Source: the human T2T-CHM13v2.0 reference genome, Homo sapiens | Direction: 5' to 3' (one strand) | DNA: 64,000 nt | Assembly (NCBI RefSeq): GCF_009914755.1 | Contig: NC_060942.1 | Shown here: piece after piece, positions 59,109 through 64,000 of the stretch | Layout of the letters: each line of letters begins with the position of its first letter | Numbering within the stretch: the first letter of the stretch is position 1 | Translations under genes and position numbers: made by a program | The notes under the pieces: model-generated | Databases searched by the model: none | What the model was told of the DNA's origin: nothing | Seen by the model: only the letters and a program-made list of their open reading frames with translations

Positions 59109-62100
59109 ATCCAGGAATTTCTTACTCTAAAATAGGTAATCTGTGAAAGTATTTTGTGCACTTCCAGGACATGCTTAGCAGGATCATTGTATCTGTGGCA
59201 AACTTTAATACAGTTCTCTAGGTCTTGATGGTGTGAACTTTGTGCTTAGGGCCAAAGACATCACAACATAAATGACACATTTCAGTTTTTCTTGTTTAAT
59301 AGAGATCATGAGTTAAAACGTTATCCTCACCTTTTTAAAAAATCCTTTAACATTTTTTAGCATAGTATGAAAACAATTAAACCTAATGATCACAATGTCT
59401 AGTATCATAAAAATATGATATCATCGTTAATATTCCTGTAACCATTTATGAGGAGAGTACTGAAATTTAATTCTATGGTTAAAAAACGAACTATTTTAGC
59501 TTTACAATAATGATAACTGTAACTACAACTTTAAAAAAAAATCGAGATAGTATCGAACATCTTAATTTACCATGATGGCCTTCTAAATTATCTACCTACA
59601 TTTAGTCTTTCTACTCAAACAGTGTTCTTCATTCAACAACCATCCATTGAGTGCCCACCATTCTTGAGGCACTAATTTAAAGCAGTCAGCAGTCCCTGAG
59701 TTTCGATAGGATGAGGGCATGCTCCCTGATACGGTATGATGTATAGCACTCTTCATAATGTGTCCTAACTTACCTCTGCAGCCATATTCCTCCTCTGTAC
59801 ACAATATTCACTTCCTTCTCATATCCATTATAATCTGCCTTACCATTCTGTTCTCTGCACCTACGTCAATTTCATTTATGAAGAAACATTAGTGTCAAAT
59901 CTCACAGTCCCCAAAAGTCATCTCTTCTCAATAAAGGTTGAAGTAATATTTTTTAATTCTGTGAAATAAAGCCTGTAAAATAGTGACATTAAATACTCAT
60001 CAGTCTTGTGAACTTCTGTATGGCTGTTATGCTCTGTTATTTTTACTATTTTTTGTATGGAGATTTTAATGCTATTACGTATTAACTATTTGATTTTATA
60101 TTTCTTATAGACAGGAGTCATGTCTTCTCCATTTCTGTCTCCACCATGTCTCTCAATACAGTGGTTTCTAATGAATTTTCTCCTATAATTTGGTGAGTAA
60201 CATAGAGCCATGGGAGGTATCATTTATCATTTGCTTCAGAAAAGCTTCATCCAAATCAAATAATTGGTATTATAACTTCATTGGAAAATTCATTTTCACA
60301 AAATTGGACAGCTTTTACCATTTTTTATCCCGACAACTTTGTTAATGGTTTTTCTGAACAGATATAATGATGTCAATATTTTTAAGAAACTATTATCCAT
60401 GGAAGGGAAAATGCCATAATAAATAAGACCTTAAGATGGCACCAAGATAATGAAATAAAGCATTACCAAATGGAACCATTGCTTGCATAATATATGTCAT
60501 ATTATTAAGTCTTAAAACAGAAATATGGAAAAACCTAGGAGACTAAAGGAGTTTACATAAAATCTGGAAAGATCTAACTAGAAATGATTAGTTTTATAAC
60601 AAATATTTAAGGTTTATAATCAGACGGGTTACTTGAAAAAACTTCCCAAAGGAGGCTAAAATACAACTCATTGCATTACAGTTCCTTGAGCTTCACTTTG
60701 TAGATGTTGTAAACATAAAAATTAAAAGTTTATGTAGTGTTTTTTCTTCCAAGAATACTTGATCAATGCCACATTAATTTTGAGGACACCAAATGTCAGT
60801 GTTAACTACTTTCTTTCTTAAAGTGTGTATATGTTGTATGTTAAATAAGTGTGCAAATTAACATAAACTTTATCTTCATGATCTCAATCTAAAAATAATT
60901 TTAATTAACACCAATAAAGTAAAATTATTTTCTACAAATTATCTATCATGCAGCTATTTTGTCTTCAGCATGGTTAGTGGTTACATTTGGGCAGAATTAT
61001 GATAATACTGTGAATAACAATGTCATCCTATAGTGTGCCTTACACACACCCTTATTTTATCACAATGAGAGAAATCTAGATTCTCACACCTAAATGGAGG
61101 AAAATATAAAGAAGAGCATAATTTTAAGCTCCAGTGAAATTTAATTTTTTCTTTTCAGTAAAAATAATGAAGCAATTTTATTCCTTTATGTTCTATGATA
61201 CCTATGTACAGTTACAAATGAACTGGCTTACAGTAAAATGAAAATTAAAATATGTAAGTGCAAAATATGAAATCAGAAATACTTCATTTTTACCAAGTGT
61301 AGCTGGCCCCATATTCTGATAATTGTGATCCCAGTACTTCTTGCTCAGTTTCTAGGGACTCATGCTGTTTGCTAAAATAAGTACCCATGTCTTTCTTCAA
61401 TACTACAATCTCCAGAATAACCCTAGATTGATAGAAAACCTGTAGAAAATAATCAAATTATTCTCTTTGCTACTAGTGCTTATTCTTTAATTAAAGGTAA
61501 ACAAATTGTCAATACATTTTTCTATAGTGCATAATTTCTAGCCAGCAAGTATTAGGTCTAAAGGTAGAAACACACAAAATAAAGAAACCTACTACTGTCT
61601 CATAAACTTTTTTCCCCCTAGACACACACACATTTAATAATTTTTTGAGAGTTTATATTCATCTCTTTCTTCATGTTCTGATACACGCACAGGTTACAGA
61701 AGGATGAAATCATCAGATGTCAATGATGATACAAAATCCAAGCTTATCAGTTTTTCTTCTATCTGATCTTACATCTTACTAGAAGGTCATTGTGCCAAAT
61801 TACATTTTTTTTTGAGTTACTGGGAGTATTTTACTATGAAATTAATTTTAAAGCACATTTTCCAAGTAGCCTCAGTGTGGGGAATTTTGAGCAGCCCTGT
61901 ATCAAGTAAATTAAGCAACAACTTGCATATAGAACCCAATTATACATGTTCACCCATAAATATGAATAATAATCTCCTTTGAATTAATTGACAAATAAAC
62001 TGCCTGACCATCATTCCATGTTACTATTGGAAGAGTAAAATCATTTCAAAAACAGAAAACTTTTGAAATTTATATATTTAGATGATGAATAATTTGAGGT

Positions 62101-62584
62101 AACTGTTCTACTATTTTTTCATCTGTAAAATCATTTGACTTAAGCATGAATAATGCATCAGCTACAGACTGGCCAAGTCATGTATTGTGAGGTCAAAAAT
62201 CACGCTACTGAATTTACTGTTCTGTGATCTGAATAAACAAACAACCAATAAAGTGTAAGTGATACCTGAATCAATTTGCGGTCCTGGCCTTTAAGACCTG
62301 CCATAATGTATCAGGATCATTGTCATCTTTGCCCAGCATTTTACTTTCCAAATTACCACTTAAAGTGTATTGTGGAAGCAGGTGCCTGTTTGTAAATTCA
62401 CTTTACAATTTTTGAAATGTGGTAAACCCAAATTATTAACAAATTTTTTCAAGCAAGAAAGCCTATATCAGATCTAATAAAAGTACATTTGTGAGAGAAG
62501 GAAAATACAAAATATATTTTTTAAATGTTTGACTTTCTTGCTTTCATTTATTTAGCTAAACAATTTTGATGAGTATAATATTCC

Positions 62585-62775
62585 AATATATGGAGCACTT
62601 ACTACATGCCAGGCCCTAGTGCTCTTATAGCTTTAATCTTCACCACATCCTTGCAAAAGAGGAAATATTATTACTCTCTTGCAAAACAAAGCGTCAAAGC
62701 TTAAAGAGCTTAAATTAATTAAAGCCAGTCATTGGCAGAACTCAGACTGGAGTCCAAACTGTCTAATTACCAAGG
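62585..62775 (-). mobile_element. MIR
   Basis: GAGCACTTACTACATGCCAGGC..TTTAATCTTCAC.. Confidence 0.65.
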
Positions 62776-62781
62776 TGGTCA

Positions 62782-63610
62782 TATTGGTTTGCTAGGGTTA
62801 GTTAGGGCTTCCATAAGAAAATACCATAAACTATGCAGCCGTAAAAAAGGATGAGCTCATGTTCTTTGCAGGGACATGGATGAAGCTGGAGGGCATCTTT
62901 CTCAGCAAACTAACACAGGAACAGAAAACCAAACACCCATTCTCACTCATGATGGGGAGTTGAACAATGAGAACACATGGACACAGGGTGAGGAACATCA
63001 CACACTGGGGCCTGTTGGAGGGTGGGGAGCAAGTAGAGGGAGAGCATCAGGACAAATACCTAATTCATGCAGGGCTTAAAACCTAGATGATGGGTTGAGG
63101 TGCAGCAAACCACCATGGCAAATGCACACCTATGTAACAGACCTGTACATTCTGCACATGTATCCTGGAACTTAAAGTAAAATAAAAAATAAAAATAAAT
63201 AAAATAAATAAAAATAAAATGTTCAACCAGGTTTAAAAAAAAAAGAGAAAACACCAAAGATTGGGATGGCTTACAACAAAAATTTATTTTCTCACAGTTC
63301 TGGAAGCTGAAAGTCCAAGATCAAGGTGCCTGAAGGATTGGTTTCTCCTGTGGCCTCTCTCCTTGGCTTGCCGATGATCACCTTCTTGCAGTGTTCTCCT
63401 GGGGTCTTTCCTGTATGTGCATGCACAGAAAGATTTCTGATGTGTCTTCTTCTTCTTACAAAGACATCAGTCATGTTAGATGAGAACCTCACTATTATGA
63501 CCTGGTTTAACTTTAATCACCTCCCTAAAGGTTCTGTTTCTAAATACAGTCACATTGAGAAATAGGTGTCAAAAAAATGAGTTTTGGGGGATGCAATTCC
63601 ATCCAAAACA
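62782..63610 (-). mobile_element. MLT1A-type solo LTR split by L1
   Basis: AATTTATTTTCTCACAGTTCTGGAAGCTGAAAGTCCAAGATCAAGGTG; AAATACAGTCACATT. Confidence 0.82.
62831..63244 (+). mobile_element. L1PA7/8-like 3' end
   Basis: GAGAGCATCAGGACAAATACCTAA..AAAACCTAGATGATGGG; degenerate TSD AGAAAA(T/C)ACCA. Confidence 0.9.
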
Positions 63611-64000
63611 GGGGTGTTCTTTTCACTCTGCTGAAGCACTAAGTCATGGACCGAGTGCTTACTTGTTCCTCACACCACGTGTGCACCAAGAGTTTCAGAT
63701 ATAAAGTGTACTAAGCATCGCCTCTGTCATCCCCTTGATCAGCATCTGAGAGCAACACAACAGAAAGCACACTGACAAAGACACAGACAAAATGCCGCAT
63801 GCACTGACCTTCTGCAGATTCGTACAATGGTTGAATTGTGGTGTTGAGGTTGTAACAATGTCCTGAAACAGGCTTCCAACATTTGAGATGCTTAGCTGGA
63901 CTTGGAAAACTTTTATTTATGGTTAAGACTATATTTGCTTATCCAGCTTATTGGTTGAATTTGATGGATTAGTATGACATCTTTCAGTTGCTTCTAAAGT

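Overview
AT-rich human genomic DNA; a complete AluYa5 and an L1 with the ACG diagnostic argue for Homo sapiens. There is no intact protein-coding gene, RNA gene or CpG island. About half the window is transposable elements: roughly 14 Alus, L1 fragments of many ages, a decayed two-LTR ERVL provirus (about 8003-15663), MaLR proviruses (MLT1, MSTA, two THE1) and MER DNA transposons. Most of the supplied ORFs are Alu, L1 or MaLR read-throughs. The main result comes from reading the non-repeat DNA on the minus strand by hand. It contains a chain of exon-like segments from 32731 down to 6730, with good acceptors and mostly phase-compatible junctions. The core (20304-6905) splices into about 372 codons with only 6 stops and no frameshift. 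It predicts a signal peptide, a Cys/Trp-containing ectodomain, at least 3 hydrophobic helices and, after one frameshift, an acidic tail with an IQ-like motif. I interpret this as a fossil unprocessed, possibly unitary, pseudogene of a membrane protein whose family I cannot name. All repeat subfamily calls are from recognition of consensus motifs, not from a search.
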